Assembly: GCF_009914755.1 (NCBI RefSeq) | Contig: NC_060931.1 | DNA length: 64,000 nt | From: the human T2T-CHM13v2.0 reference genome, Homo sapiens | Reading direction: 5' to 3' (one strand) | In this document: positions 34,401 to 47,275 of the stretch, in pieces | Layout of the letters: each line of letters starts with the position of its first letter | How positions within the stretch are numbered: position 1 is the first letter of the stretch | Position numbers and translations under genes: made by a program | Notes under the pieces: generated by a model | What the model saw: the letters and a program-made list of their open reading frames with translations, nothing else | What the model was told of the DNA's origin: nothing | Database searches by the model: none

Positions 34401-34502
34401 AGTGAGTAATACTAACTGCATTAGAACCACCTTCTAACTTGTTAAAAATATAGATTTTTAGGTTCTATAGGTTCTAGATAAAACTTACTATAGCAGTATC
34501 TC

Positions 34503-34801
34503 TTTTTGATTTTTTTTTTATTTTTTAGATAGAATCTGTGTCACCCAGGCTAGAGTGCAGTGGCATGATCTCGGCTCACTGCAGCCTTGACCTCCCAGAC
34601 ATTGATCCTCTCATCTCAGCCTCCTGAGTAGCTGGGACTACAGGCATGTGCCACTATGCCCAGCTAATTTTTTGTATTTTTAGTAGAGACAATATTTTTC
34701 CATGTTGCCCAGGCTGGTCTCAAACTCCAAGGCTCAAGCAACCTGCCCACCTCAGCCTCCCAACGTTCTGGGATTACAGGCATGAGCTGCCATGTCTGGC
34801 C
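34503..34801 (-). mobile_element. AluJ inserted in a MER5-like remnant
   Basis: Diverged dimeric Alu. Flanks (tgcattagaaccacc...ttgttaaaaatatagatt; tgcacttttagcaag...aagaactactg) resemble MER5. Confidence 0.85.
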
Positions 34802-36114
34802 TAGTAGCACCTGATGACCAAGAAGCCCAGAGCTCTGCACTTTTAGCAAGAACCCTAGGACATTCTTAGGTACATTATATGTCAAGAACTACTGTCTTAG
34901 TGGAAATTGGGACAGCTTGCTGATTCATTATTTTCATCCCTTTGCTTTAGTAATGCACAAGTCGACTGTGTTTTAACGTTATTGCCCCATTTGAGTTTTT
35001 GTTAGTGTTTTATCCCTCTTGTGTTCCTCAAGTTGTAGATCATGTTCCTTCAGGATGGGGTTCAGGGCAGTTTTCTACGATGGTTGGTCTTGTGGTCTGA
35101 GGCCTTCTCACCCCATGCTTGTTTACTGCTACTGAACACATCATTCCCTTGCTACCCTCAACCGTAACAGACAGTCCTGCCAGCTCCCTCCTGATTTATC
35201 CTGTATTGTATTACTTTCTTTCTCTCCCCTTCTTGGTGATTTAAGAAGCTGTTTTTATTGTTCCCAGAGCCAACACATCTGTCATATATTTTCCTCCAAC
35301 TTAAAAACATTGGAAAATCACTGGCTGCTTAGCACAAAGTCCTGCCGGCACTGGATGATTGTTCCTTTTGTAACTGGTGCTCACTTAGTGAGACTGGACA
35401 TTCTAGGCTTCTGTTCTCCCACTCCTTTGCTGCCATTTAGCCCAGGCCCTTTAAACTCAGAGGAGACAGAGCAGCCTCTCAGTCTAGGTTTGTGTATATA
35501 ATTGCTTCATTTTTGTGAATTAAAGTAAACAGTGCGGTTTATCCACAGTTTCCCATTTTTAAAGATCTATGCTCTGTCTATGAACATAGAAAATTAAGCC
35601 ATGGTTTTAATTGAGAAAGCGATGTAGCACAAAGCATGTTAGCAATGGAGAAACAAGGATTAGATTGGAAATGATTGGTTTGCCTCTATTTGAATTATAT
35701 TTATAGTGAGTGTCTTGCTAGTCAGAAGTCACAGAAATCAATTTTGTCTATCCTAAACAAAAAAAGAATTGGTTGGGGGATAGATGGAGAGCTCCCAGAA
35801 ACATCAGGGTTGAATCGCCTGTAGGAACCAAGGGGGCCTCTGTAGCTGGATCCTCTGGCAGAATGCAGGTAGGCGAGGGGTAGGGCCACGTTACTTCCAG
35901 GTTCAGAGCCCCAGTGGAAGCTCAGATTGAATAGGTTCCACCAGGTAACCACTCTCTCACTGACAGAACTCTCCCCTTTCAGCCTCTGTAATGAAAGGTG
36001 GGCCTTCTTCCTTTACATCAGGGTTCCTCCCAAATACGAAGATTTGGTTGTTTTATAGCCCCAGATGACAAAAGTCCACTCCAAACATGATTCACATTCC
36101 CTGTATTTCCACTG

Positions 36115-36360
36115 CAATAATAATAATATCTATCAATTATTGAAGACTCATACTTTTCCAGGCATTGTGCTAGGTGTTCCTAACTTAGAACTTTTAATCC
36201 TAACTGCAACCCTCTAAAAAAGATAACAGTGGATATTTTTTATAGGCAAAAAAAAATGAGCCTCAAAGAGGTTAAGTGACTTTCCTATAGCCATACAGGT
36301 GATGAAGCCAGACTGATCTGCCCCCTGGAACTGATAGCTTGTCTACCCTATTATGCTGCC
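36115..36360 (-). mobile_element. MIR
   Basis: ccaggcattgtgctagg...tttaatcct...aaaatgagcctcaaagaggttaagtgactt. Confidence 0.7.
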
Positions 36361-37104
36361 AGTTTATGGAGTATCTTCCCCTCAATTTTTTCCTATATTC
36401 TAATAAGTCGGGCAGATAGGACTTGTTTCTTAGCTATTACATCCACATCTGAGTAATGAAAGATATTAACAACAGTTCCTTTAAGACTCCTTCCATCTGT
36501 GATGTTCTAGGTTGCTATAACTATATTCTGACGGCTACCATTTTACAATGGCATTGAGTGTGTAATTACAGAACAGATTTGGACAATGTCGGTGGAAACA
36601 TTATCACTATCAAGTGTGATGCTGTTTTTTGTTTGTTTGTTTGTTTTTTGGTATCGTGCAGCCTTCCTCTCCTGTAAGATTGTACTTCTCCCACTAAGTT
36701 AGGTCCCTGAAATCTGTTAGGAAACGAAATGCAGGCCTGTATCCCTCCAGAAGTGGCTGCCAAACATAAAATTTCTGCTGTCTGTTTGGTGATATGCTAA
36801 TCAACCTTTGTTCTTCTAAATGAATACATCTCAGCAGAGACTCAAGGGAACATTTTCAAAGAACAAAGTGTATGTGTTCACCATTTTTACGTGGACAGGC
36901 TGTCTATTCAAGTAATAACCTTTGATGTTCTCTTGGGTGTATGTTTTAACTAGAAGCTAAAACCTACTTGGATGCTTTTGCAGAACCCTAACCCTGGCTT
37001 CAGTCTGGAACTTGATACAATTGCAAGTTGAAATTGCAAATTGTATCAGGGCTTTAAAAAGCATGAGTTCTGGGCTTGTTCCTTTCTAGTGAGGAGCAGT
37101 TTGT

Positions 37105-37660
37105 GATTCATTTATTCAATGGCATTGTAAATGGACATTTATGGAGCACCTGGTTGGGGCTTGGGATTGTATCAGCGTTGAGCTTTCATTACAAAAAAGA
37201 CAAGTCCTCAGCGCAGTGCAGGAGATAGACATCAAAACAAATAATGAAAATGCTGGTGATGGAAATGACACGACTTGAGTGCCTGGAAAATGCACTAAAT
37301 GATCAGGAAGAAGGGAACCACTAGGTGTTGGGGAGTAAATGTGGGGGAAAAAAATCTCAGAAGAAGTTAAATTTGAGTGCAGTGTTGATGACAGCAGTTT
37401 TACCTGGAAGATAAGGAGAAGTGTGTTTGAAGGCTGAAGGGTAAAAGCCTGCAAGTTTTGGGACATATGAAGTTCAGGACAATTGTGAATTACACAGAAA
37501 GGGAATTTTAAAAGGGCCAAAAATAGACCACCATAGTATGAATAGTGCTGTACATCATCCAAAAGTATTTGGATTATGTTAACAGGGAACTGTTGAAGGT
37601 TTTCACTAGAAAGTGATACAATCAGATCTGTATCTTAGAAAGATCACTCTGTGGACAGAA
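37105..37660 (-). mobile_element. L2 3' remnant
   Basis: attcatttattcaa...gagcacct...tgttgaaggtttt...atcagatctgtatcttagaaagatcactctg. Confidence 0.7.
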
Positions 37661-40600
37661 GGATTAGGGCAAATAGGGAAAAGCAGCCCTTCTGGATAGT
37701 AAAATTAGGGTTTTGGTAAAAATTCATACAAGAGTGGGAAGACCCATGGTTTTTCAGTCTCTTTAAACAAAAAATGAAAGCCATGAGGCTTAGATATGAA
37801 AATGTGTGGAAATTTCATTAGGAATAATTACAGTGTTTATTTTCTTTTACTAGCCTGAAATGTTTTTAAAAACACAGTAGGCCAGTACTATATACTTTGA
37901 CTTTTTGAGGCATAAATTTTACACAACATGAGCCGAATTTTGTCCTCTAGCCCATAAAATGATTACCAACAGAATCCTCAGTTATGGTGAGTTAATAAGT
38001 TATTAAGAATACTATTTCTTATTTGAAAGTTTTCACACTGTTCCTCTTGCCAGTGAAAATGCTTATTTAATGTTCAATGATTTATTTAAGAACCCCTTTC
38101 AAACATGTATCATGTGTCATTGAGCTAAATCAGAATATGTGAATGTGGACTTCTTTAAGACATGTCAAAATGAATAAGAGTTTTAGTGAGCTGTTCTATT
38201 TCTTGTACAAGCCAGTGAAATAACAATGAGCAAGTCTTCAGTGTTGAGATGGGGAAATACGAAAACCATCCCAGCTTACTCCACTCATCACCATGGTTTC
38301 ATCATCTATTACACAGTAAAACAAACAGAGCCACTGACTATAACCCTTAATGAGCATATGTGACTCCGATAATATTTATCGGGTTTATTTGTTTGAGGCC
38401 AACTGAAATGAAAAGAAAACAGTGCGGGATTGGGTCATTACTCTCTTCTGACGTGTGCTGTAATTCTAAGGAAAACATTAGTAGCCTATTTTTAGCAAGT
38501 ACCTTCATCCACTGAAGAGATAATGGCCCAAGGAGTAATCGCTGAGATGGAAAGCAGAAATTCCCAGAATTAAACTGTCTTGCTCATCTGTTCTATGGTC
38601 ATAGGAAATCTATCAGCACTGTCATTTCTCATCAACAACGAGGAATGTTTTAAATCAGGCCATTATGCAATTCTCCCTAACTGGACTACCTTTCACCTTC
38701 ATCTCTGCTAAGTCAGGATCCTCCAGCCAAAAGAAATAAAAAAACCTCACCTCCTCCAGAAAGTCTCTCCACATCATCCTGTTTATCCACAAATGTTATC
38801 ACTTACACCTTATTTGCACTTACATAATCTGTATATTCTATGTTTTTCCTTTATTCAAAAAAATCTATTGAAAAACTCATACAAAAATGATAAGGCAAGA
38901 CATTGCTCTAGTTCCCATAATGATGGTGTCTGGGGGAGGTAGAGCTGGATGAAGAAGCTACAGTTTCTTCCCTAGAGGAGTACATAACCCAGTAGGACGG
39001 ACAAGGACCACAACAGGGTAAAAACGTGGTCCTCAATATTGTTTTGCCTCAGGGTCTGAGGGGGATGCCACTCCCTGCCATCAGTCCCAGGGACTCATCA
39101 GAGATGGACAAAGGTATGTGGACATGACGAGGGGACTGCAATCCAGGCTGGTGGGGTGGAGGAGAGGAGGATGTAGAAAGTGGTTTGAGAATGATCAGGA
39201 GACACCAGTAGTTTAAAGCAGGGTTTTTGGAATGAAGATATGGATTACAATGTGGTACCTTCCACTATCTGTGTGACTCTTGGTAATTTATGTAATTTTT
39301 TAGAACTTAATAAGGTTTGTGTTACATATACTCCCACCCTTTCTTCTGGTGGAGAATCATTGTGTTAAATTATAAAATGTCTCCCATGAAAAATACTATA
39401 TATGCTGGAGGTTCAGAAGAAAAGGAATTCTATGACTTTGGAGGAAGGGATCAGAGACAGCTTTGTGAAAAACATCTGGGTTTTAAGGTTAGTTATAATT
39501 TGAGGAAGCAATGATGAAGGAGGCAGAAACCATCCAACCATGAGCCAAATGATAAATGGAGTAAACAGAGAGTATTTGCATATTCCTTTCTTGATGTTTC
39601 AACAGAATTCCAGGCATTTGTTGATATTCCCACCAGAAACTGTAAGCTTCTTAGAGCAGGAACCATTATTTGTCATTCTATTTATTATCCATCTGCACAG
39701 AGAGGCCAATGAAAATAAATACCTTGTTGATGATCTGGGTCTATGTGAAATCATTCTTAAAACGTAGTGGTTGATCGATACACTGTGAAACTTGTTCTCT
39801 TTCTCTCTGTGTGTGTCTCTCTCCCTCAAAGGGAAAGGGAGGCTTGGAGAATGGAGAAGTGGATCCAGGGAGTGGAATGAAGCCTTCTCATTTCTAGAAG
39901 GTTTCACATGTATGAGATCCCATCAATTCTCCCCCAAAGAGCATGGCATATGTAATAGGCTCTCCAGAGTCAAGTAGTTAGGGTTTATTCGTCTTTTGTA
40001 ATTCTTCAGTAATTGGTAAAGTCTTTAATTTTAATTTTAATTTAATATTAAAATTTTGCTACATGTTTTCAGCTAAGCAAAGAGGCAACTAGATGAAGAC
40101 GTTTAATTTAAATGTGTTTAGAAGTGTTAAAGGCCAAGAAGACCCACAGGAATTGGTGGGTGGAGATAAGACCTTAGGGTACAGGCAGCTCCAGGGAAAG
40201 GAAGTTGGGCTCCTTGACTTATCCCTCCTCTCCAGGAGCAGATTCTCCTTCTAATGCTACCAGGTTCTGGGGTCCATTTTTTTTTAAGGTAGGTGTACTT
40301 CTCTTTGAAGGAATCTTTTATAGATTGGCATAAACTACTGAGATCATGCCACAAGGAGGTGTTCAAAAAAACTGACTTTATAGAGTGCTCTACAGCTGTA
40401 TAGGTCCTAAAATGTGGATACTGATACTGGGGATAATAATACTGCTATAGAAAAAAAGTGTGTGTTTAAAAAAATATGCTTTAAATATGTGCTCTACATG
40501 TAATTTTTTATTATCGTAGAGAAAAGAATCAAAAGATTGAGAAAAGCGTTAAAGATAAACTAAAGAACTCCCATAAACTTATTATTTTAGCACCCTTATG

Positions 40601-41317
40601 TACTTGATATTATAGATAGACAGATTCTTGGGAAAAAAAGACATAAGAAAATGCTGAAATTCCTGTTTTGTGACTTGATTTTTTCCAGTTAATATATGGC
40701 TTTGCCAATAAATAAATATATTTCTAGCACATTCTTAATTTTTGTAGTTTTTTTTGTTTGTTTGTTTTCTCCTCAGTATATAGGCAGGTTTGATTCCAGA
40801 CACAACAATACAGCAAATATCACAATAAAGCAAGTCACATGCATTTTTTTTTTCAGTGCAAATAAAAATGATATTTACACTATACTGTAGTATATTAATT
40901 GTACAATAGCATTATGTATAAAAAACAATGTACAGACCCTAATTGAACATACTTTGTTGCTAAAAAAAATACTCAAGATCATTTGAGGCTTCAGCACATT
41001 GTAACCTGTTTGCAGGATCTAAATATGACGACAATGAATTTTGCTGCATCTATTGACTTTTCCTGTCACAAAAGATTTCTCTGTAACATGTGATACTGTT
41101 TCATAGCATTTTACTCACAGTAGGACTGCTTTCAAAATTGGAGTCAGTCCTCTCAAATTCTACCACTGCTTTATCAACTTAGTTTATGTACTATTCTAAA
41201 TCATTTTTGTCATTTCAATTTATGTAATTTTCTAAATTTGTCTTTGTCATTTCAACAATGTTCACAGCATCTTGACCAGCAGTAGATTCCATCTCAAGAA
41301 ACCATTTTCTTTGCTCA

Positions 41318-41697
<380 letters not shown>

Positions 41698-42145
41698 TCA
41701 CTTCTTCAGGCTATATTTCCAATTCTAGTTATCTTGCTATTTCTACCACATCCATGGTTACTTTCTCTGCTGAAGTCTTGAACCCCTCAAAGTCATTCAT
41801 GAGGGTTGGAATCAACTTCTTCCTAACTCCTGTTAATGTTGATATTTTGACTTTATCCCATGAATTACAAATGTTCTTAATGGCATCAAGAATGGTGAAT
41901 ACTTTCCAGAAGGTTTTTAATGTACTTTGCCCAAATCCATCAGTGGAACCAAGCCCTATGGCAGCTGCAGTCTTACAAAATCATCTTCTTAAATAACAAG
42001 ACTTGGAAGTTGAAATGGCTTCTTGATTCATGACCTGTAGAATGCACATTGTGTTAGCAGGCACAAAAACGACATTAATCTCCTCACACATCTCCATCAG
42101 AGCTCTTGGTTGAGCAGGTGCATTGTTATGAGCAGTAACATTTTA

Positions 42146-42187
42146 TTAGTTTGGTGCAAAAGTATTTGCAGAACTGCAATAACCTAA
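42146..42187. mobile_element. Internally deleted MADE1 (Hsmar1-derived MITE) nested in Tigger1
   Basis: ta|ttagtttggtgcaaaagtatttgcag...aacctaa|ta matches MADE1 termini (ttaggttggtgcaaaagtaattgc...aacctaa) with a TA TSD. Confidence 0.8.
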
Positions 42188-43787
42188 TAAAAGGAATCTT
42201 TTTCTTTTTTCCTGAGTAATCAGTTTCAACAGCGGTCTTAAAATATTCAGTAAACTATGCTGTAAACAAATGTGCTGTCATCCAGGCTTTGTTGTTGCAT
42301 TTATAGAGTACAGGCAGAGTATCTTTAGCATAAGTTTTAAGGACTCTAGTATTTTCCGAATGGTAAATGAGCATTGGCTTCAACTTAAAGTCACCAGCTG
42401 CATTAGCTAGTAACAAGAGTCAACTTGTCATTTGAAGCTTTAAAGCTAGGCATTAACTTCTCCCTAGCTATAAAAGTCCTAGATGGCATCTTCTTCCAAC
42501 AGAAGGATGTTTAATCCACATAGCAAATTTGTTTAGTGTAGCTACCTTCATCAATTTTCTTAGCTAGATCTTCTAGATAACTTGTTGTGGCTACTCCATC
42601 AGCCCTTGCTCCTTCACCTTTCACTTTTATGTTGAGAGAGCTTCTTTTCTCAAACTTCATTATCCAACCTGTGCTAGCTTCAAATTTTTCTTCTACAGCT
42701 TCCTCATTTCTCAGCTTTCACAGAAGTGAAGAGAGTTAGGGCCTTGCTTTGGATTAGGCTTAAATTAAGGGAATGTTGTGGCTGGCTTGATCTTCTGTCC
42801 AGGCCACTCATACTTTCTCCATATCAGCAATAAGTCATTTTGCTTTCTCATTCCTTTCCTTTTGCATTCACAACTTGACTAACTACTTGGCACAAGAGGC
42901 CTAGCTTTTGGCCTATTTCAGCTTTTGACGTGTCTTCCTCGCTAAGCTTAATCATTTCCAGCGTTTGATTTAAAGAAAGAGATGTGCAACTCTTCCTTTC
43001 ACTTGAACACTTAGATGCCATTGCAGGGTTATTAATTAGCCTAATTTCAGTATTGTGGTGTCTCAAAGGAATAGGGAGGCCTGAGGAGATGGAGAAAGAT
43101 GGAGAATGCTGGTTGGTGGAGGAGTCAGAGCAATTCCAACATTTATTAATCAGATTTGCCATCTTCACTGTTCCTTGCACCTCAAAACAATTGCAATAGT
43201 AACATCAAAGATCACTGATCACAGATCACCATAAAAGATATAATAATAATTTGAAAAATTGGAAATATTTTGAGAATTACCAAAATGTGACACAGAGACA
43301 CGAAGTGAGTGCAGGCTGTTGGAAAAATGACACCGATAGACTTGTTGGATACAGAGTTGCCACAAGCCTTCAATTTGTAAAAAATGCAGTATCTGTGAAA
43401 TGCAATAAAATGAAGCACAATAAAGTGAAGTATGCCTCTACGTTCTCACTTCATCTATTGTATCTTGATTTGTTTAGGGTGAGGCAGGCCGGAGGGAATT
43501 TACTTCCTCCCGTTTGACCATGTGTCTGGTGAGAAGACCCACCTGCAGCTCCAGGAATGCCCCCATATTGGTTTAAGTGTTTCAGTATTTTCACCTTCAG
43601 CCCCTGTGATTGGGAAAGAATGGGCATGAAACAACTTGGGCCAATAAATGATAATACCTCCAGGACGAGCACGTATCAGAAGAGCCTTTCCCTCTTCTGC
43701 ATGGTGTTAGAAGATGGAAGCTGAGTTTTCTCAGCTATTTTGTGGCAAGAACAGTGGTGAGGGGAACATCTGAACTGCCAGAGAATG

Positions 43788-44417
43788 TGTTTCCAGAAAG
43801 AGGTCCCAATCCAGACCCCAAGAGAGGGAATTCTTTCTTGCTGCAAGAAAGAATTCAGGATCAGTCCACAGAGTAAAGTGAAAGCAAGTTTATTAAGCAA
43901 GTAAAGGAATAAAGAATGGCTACTCCATAGGCAGAGCAGCCCCGAGGGCTACTGGTTGGCTATGTTATGGTTATTTCTTGATTATATGCTAAACAAGGGA
44001 TGGCTTATTCATGGGTTTTCCGGAAAAGGGGTGGGCATTTTCCAGAACCGAGGGTTCCTCCGCTTTTTAGACCATATAGGTTAACTTCCAGATATTGCCA
44101 TGGCATTTATAAACTGTCATGACACTGGCGGGAGTGTCTTTTAGCATGTTAATGTGTTATAATTAGCATATAATGAGCAGTCAGGACAACCAGAGGTCAC
44201 TTTCATGGCCATCTTGATTTTGGTGGGTTTTGGCTTCTTTACCACACCTGTTTTATCAGCAAGGTCTTTACGACCTGTATTTTGTGCTGACTTCTTGTCC
44301 CATTTTGTGACTAAGAATGCCTTAACCTCTTGAAAACACAGCCCATTGTAGGTCTCGGCCTTATTTTACCGAGTCCCTATTCAAGATGGAGGTGCTCTGG
44401 TTCAAATACCTCTGACA
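43788..44417 (-). mobile_element. MER41B solo LTR (ERV1)
   Basis: Minus strand starts TGTCAGAGGTATTTGAACCAGAGCACCTCCATCTTGAATAGGG. 630 bp with TG...CA ends and 4-bp flanks aatg/aaag. Confidence 0.92.
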
Positions 44418-44529
44418 AAAGTATCCCTCTTGTGGGTCTATAGGATCTGTGAAAACTGCTTCCCCATATTCTGAAAAGGGTTTTTCTGGGAAAAATGGGC
44501 CATAGGAGGTATGTATGAAGTAGTTCTGG

Positions 44530-44740
44530 TTATAATAGGAAGAGATTTGGCTTTGGAGTGAGCCAAGCCTAGCTTCAAATTCCAGGCACAGCCACACCTA
44601 GCAGTAATTCTACCCTAGGTGAGTTATTTTCTCTTTGGACCTCAGTTTCAGTACCTGTAATGTGGGTACAAGAAAACATATCTATGAGCTGTTGTGAGAA
44701 TTTAAGGCATATATTCAAGAGCAAGAGTGTTGTGAGGCTT
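44530..44740 (+). mobile_element. MIR
   Basis: ggctttggagt...ttcaaattcc...cctcagtttcagtacctgtaatgtggg. Confidence 0.7.
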
Positions 44741-44869
44741 GAGCATTGTGAGAGAGGACTGTGGACACAGACACAGTTATGTGGGGAGGGGACAGGTAAG
44801 AGAATGAAGGAGGAATTAGGGCACAGACCTCCTTGTATGCAGGCTCAAGGGAAATTGGTTCCCTGGTAT

Positions 44870-45040
44870 AGGTTTCTCAACCTTGGATATGTGCATAAAT
44901 CACCTGGAGATCTTACTAAAATGCAGATTCTGATTCAGGAGTTCTTGCATGAGGTCTGAGTTTCTGTTTCTAACTAGCCCCTGCCTCCTGGTCATATGGA
45001 TCTTCTGGTTTGTGGACCTCTTGGGTTAAAATGCTCTAGA
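44870..45040. mobile_element. MER5-like hAT-Charlie remnant
   Basis: tttctcaacctt...aatcacctggagatcttactaaaatgcagattctgattcag. Confidence 0.7.
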
Positions 45041-46496
45041 TCACAAATGAGGGCAGACCTCATCACCCTTATTTTTATTCCTGAGAAGTCTTTCTACTAC
45101 CCACTAAATGGCAAGCTTTTCCAAGGCAATCCTAGATGTGTTCAGTGTTCTGTGCACTGTGTTTGCTCACTCTATGGAGGAAGAGAGCTCAATTATGGGA
45201 GGTAAAGGAGATGCCCTGATGCTGTCTGCTTACCCTGCAGAGCTGAATGCGAGAGGCTTACAAATGGACCTGAGCTCAAAAGTCAGGAAGTGTTGGTAGA
45301 ATCCTGGCCAAAGCCTGGGTGGAGAGCTTCTCAGAGGGAAGATGGAAAATGAAAGGCTTTCTGTGTCACTGGTTCCCTTCATTGTTGGGTGTTCACATCT
45401 CACCGCACAGGAAGCAGCTTCATCTGCAGTTTCCTTCATGAGTCTAGGGAGAGCAAATTACTCCTTGATAGGAGGTAGGTAAGAAGGTGACTTGTTTCCC
45501 ATTGGCAAGCATTTTACCCATGGCCAGAATCCAATCCCAGGGTTGTGCATCTTTGAGATGTAATTGAAGAGCAATAGATTTGAAGTTGGAAGAACTGGAT
45601 GCCGCTCAGAGCTGGAAAATGACCTGTTCAGTTACTTGGACAAGTTATCCAACCTTCCTGAGACTCAACTTTTTAACCTGTAAAGTGGTGATTATCAAGT
45701 AGCACAAGTTTTCTAGTAATCCTATTATCAGGAACAAGTGAAAAAATATATGCAAGAACTTTGAAAAACAAGCAAATAAAACACTATTCAACTGTAAAGG
45801 ATTGTAGGGACAAGAGTTGTAAGGCAGCTTAGTTACCCAATTGCCTGACTGTGAAATTATATCTGAGACACTAGAACCCAATAAGGTTGGCCTTAAGTAT
45901 ATCTGAGGAAGGGGCAATGCAGAGAGAAAAGTGACAACTACTCAGGAAATCTATCATGCCCTCTGTGCATTATGATGTCTCAGATGGTGTGGTCACCTGT
46001 GTCCCCAAGGATGCAATGCAGATCAGGACATGACAACCAGAGCATGACCCCATGGCCCCTTGAAGGTGTGCAGTGGCCATTCAGTTTGAAGGCAAAGAGA
46101 TCAACCTAATCTAATAAAGCACATCCGAGCAAAAGGATGGAGTTCAGTTTCTTCCATATCATTAAAACTAGATTGAGAATACCCACAAAATCTAATGTAT
46201 GGATGGAAAAGAACAAAGAAGATATTTACATCCCACTTCTCTCAAAGAGTCACCCCCCCATTTGGAAGCCTGTCAGCATCCTAATATTGTTGTTTTCTAA
46301 CTCCTTGACCTGAATAAAAAAGTCCCATGCCCCAAGTGTAAAGAGATTGGAGCACATGCTGTGCATCAGTTTCTTGACATTTTAAAGAAACAGGAAAAGC
46401 TCAGAAACCAACCTGGCATCCAAACCAGGAAATGCAGGGCCTGGCCAGAGAAGGTACAGAAGGACAAATTCTCCTTGTGGGTTAGTCCATGTGGTC

Positions 46497-46910
46497 TGCT
46501 AAAATTTGGATATTTGTTCCTTCCAAATCTCATGTTGAGAAGTGCGATTCCCAGGGTTGGAGGTGGGGCCTGGTAGGAGGTGACTGGGAGGTGATTATGG
46601 GAGTGATCTCTTATGAATGGCTTACCACCATCCCTTTGGTGACAAGTGAGTGCTTCCTCTGAGTTCACGCCAGATCTGGTTGTTTAAAAGAGCACGCACT
46701 TCCTGCCCTCTCCCTTTTGCTGTTGCTCTCACATGTAATATACAGGTTTCTTCCACCATGATAGTAAGCTCCTTGAGGCCCTCACCAGAAGCAGATGCTG
46801 GCACCATGCTTTCTGTACAGCCTGCGGAACTGTGAGCCAATTAAACCTCTTGTCTTTATAAACTACCCAGTCTTAGGTATTCCTTTATAGCGACACAAAT
46901 GTTCTAACAT
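46497..46910 (+). mobile_element. MaLR solo LTR (MSTB-like)
   Basis: tttggatatttgttcc...aaatctcatgttga...gcagatgctggcaccatgctt...aactgtgagccaattaaacctctt...tattcctttatagc. Confidence 0.9.
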
Positions 46911-47231
46911 GCAGTCTAAAAATCACGTTCCCTTAAACTTCACATACTATACAATTCTGACAGATAATGCAATGAAGGATGCTGAAAAGGAAGGGAACAC
47001 CAGTTAATCCCTAGGGCCTGGGAATAGAGATGACAAGGAAGTCAAAGAGTCAACCGTTTGCCCAGAGAATGACTCTTTCATTTAGCCAGTGGATTCTGTC
47101 TAAATGTTATCTTCTTGGTGTCTCTTTCTCCAACACTCATTAAGCAAATTAGCACCCACTCCCTAGACACATACACACATTTTATCCCCGTTATCTCCTC
47201 CCCTTCTCAGCACTTGGTATCCTATAATAGC

Positions 47232-47234
<3 letters not shown>

Positions 47235-47270
<36 letters not shown>
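47235..47270. repeat. (TAT)12 microsatellite
   Basis: Perfect run. Confidence 0.97.

Positions 47271-47275
<5 letters not shown>

Noticed and set aside
42848-43180. TIGD1-like domesticated transposase gene
   Set aside because: Only a short N-terminal fragment is open; the Tigger1 copy is decayed and interrupted by Alu and MADE1 insertions.
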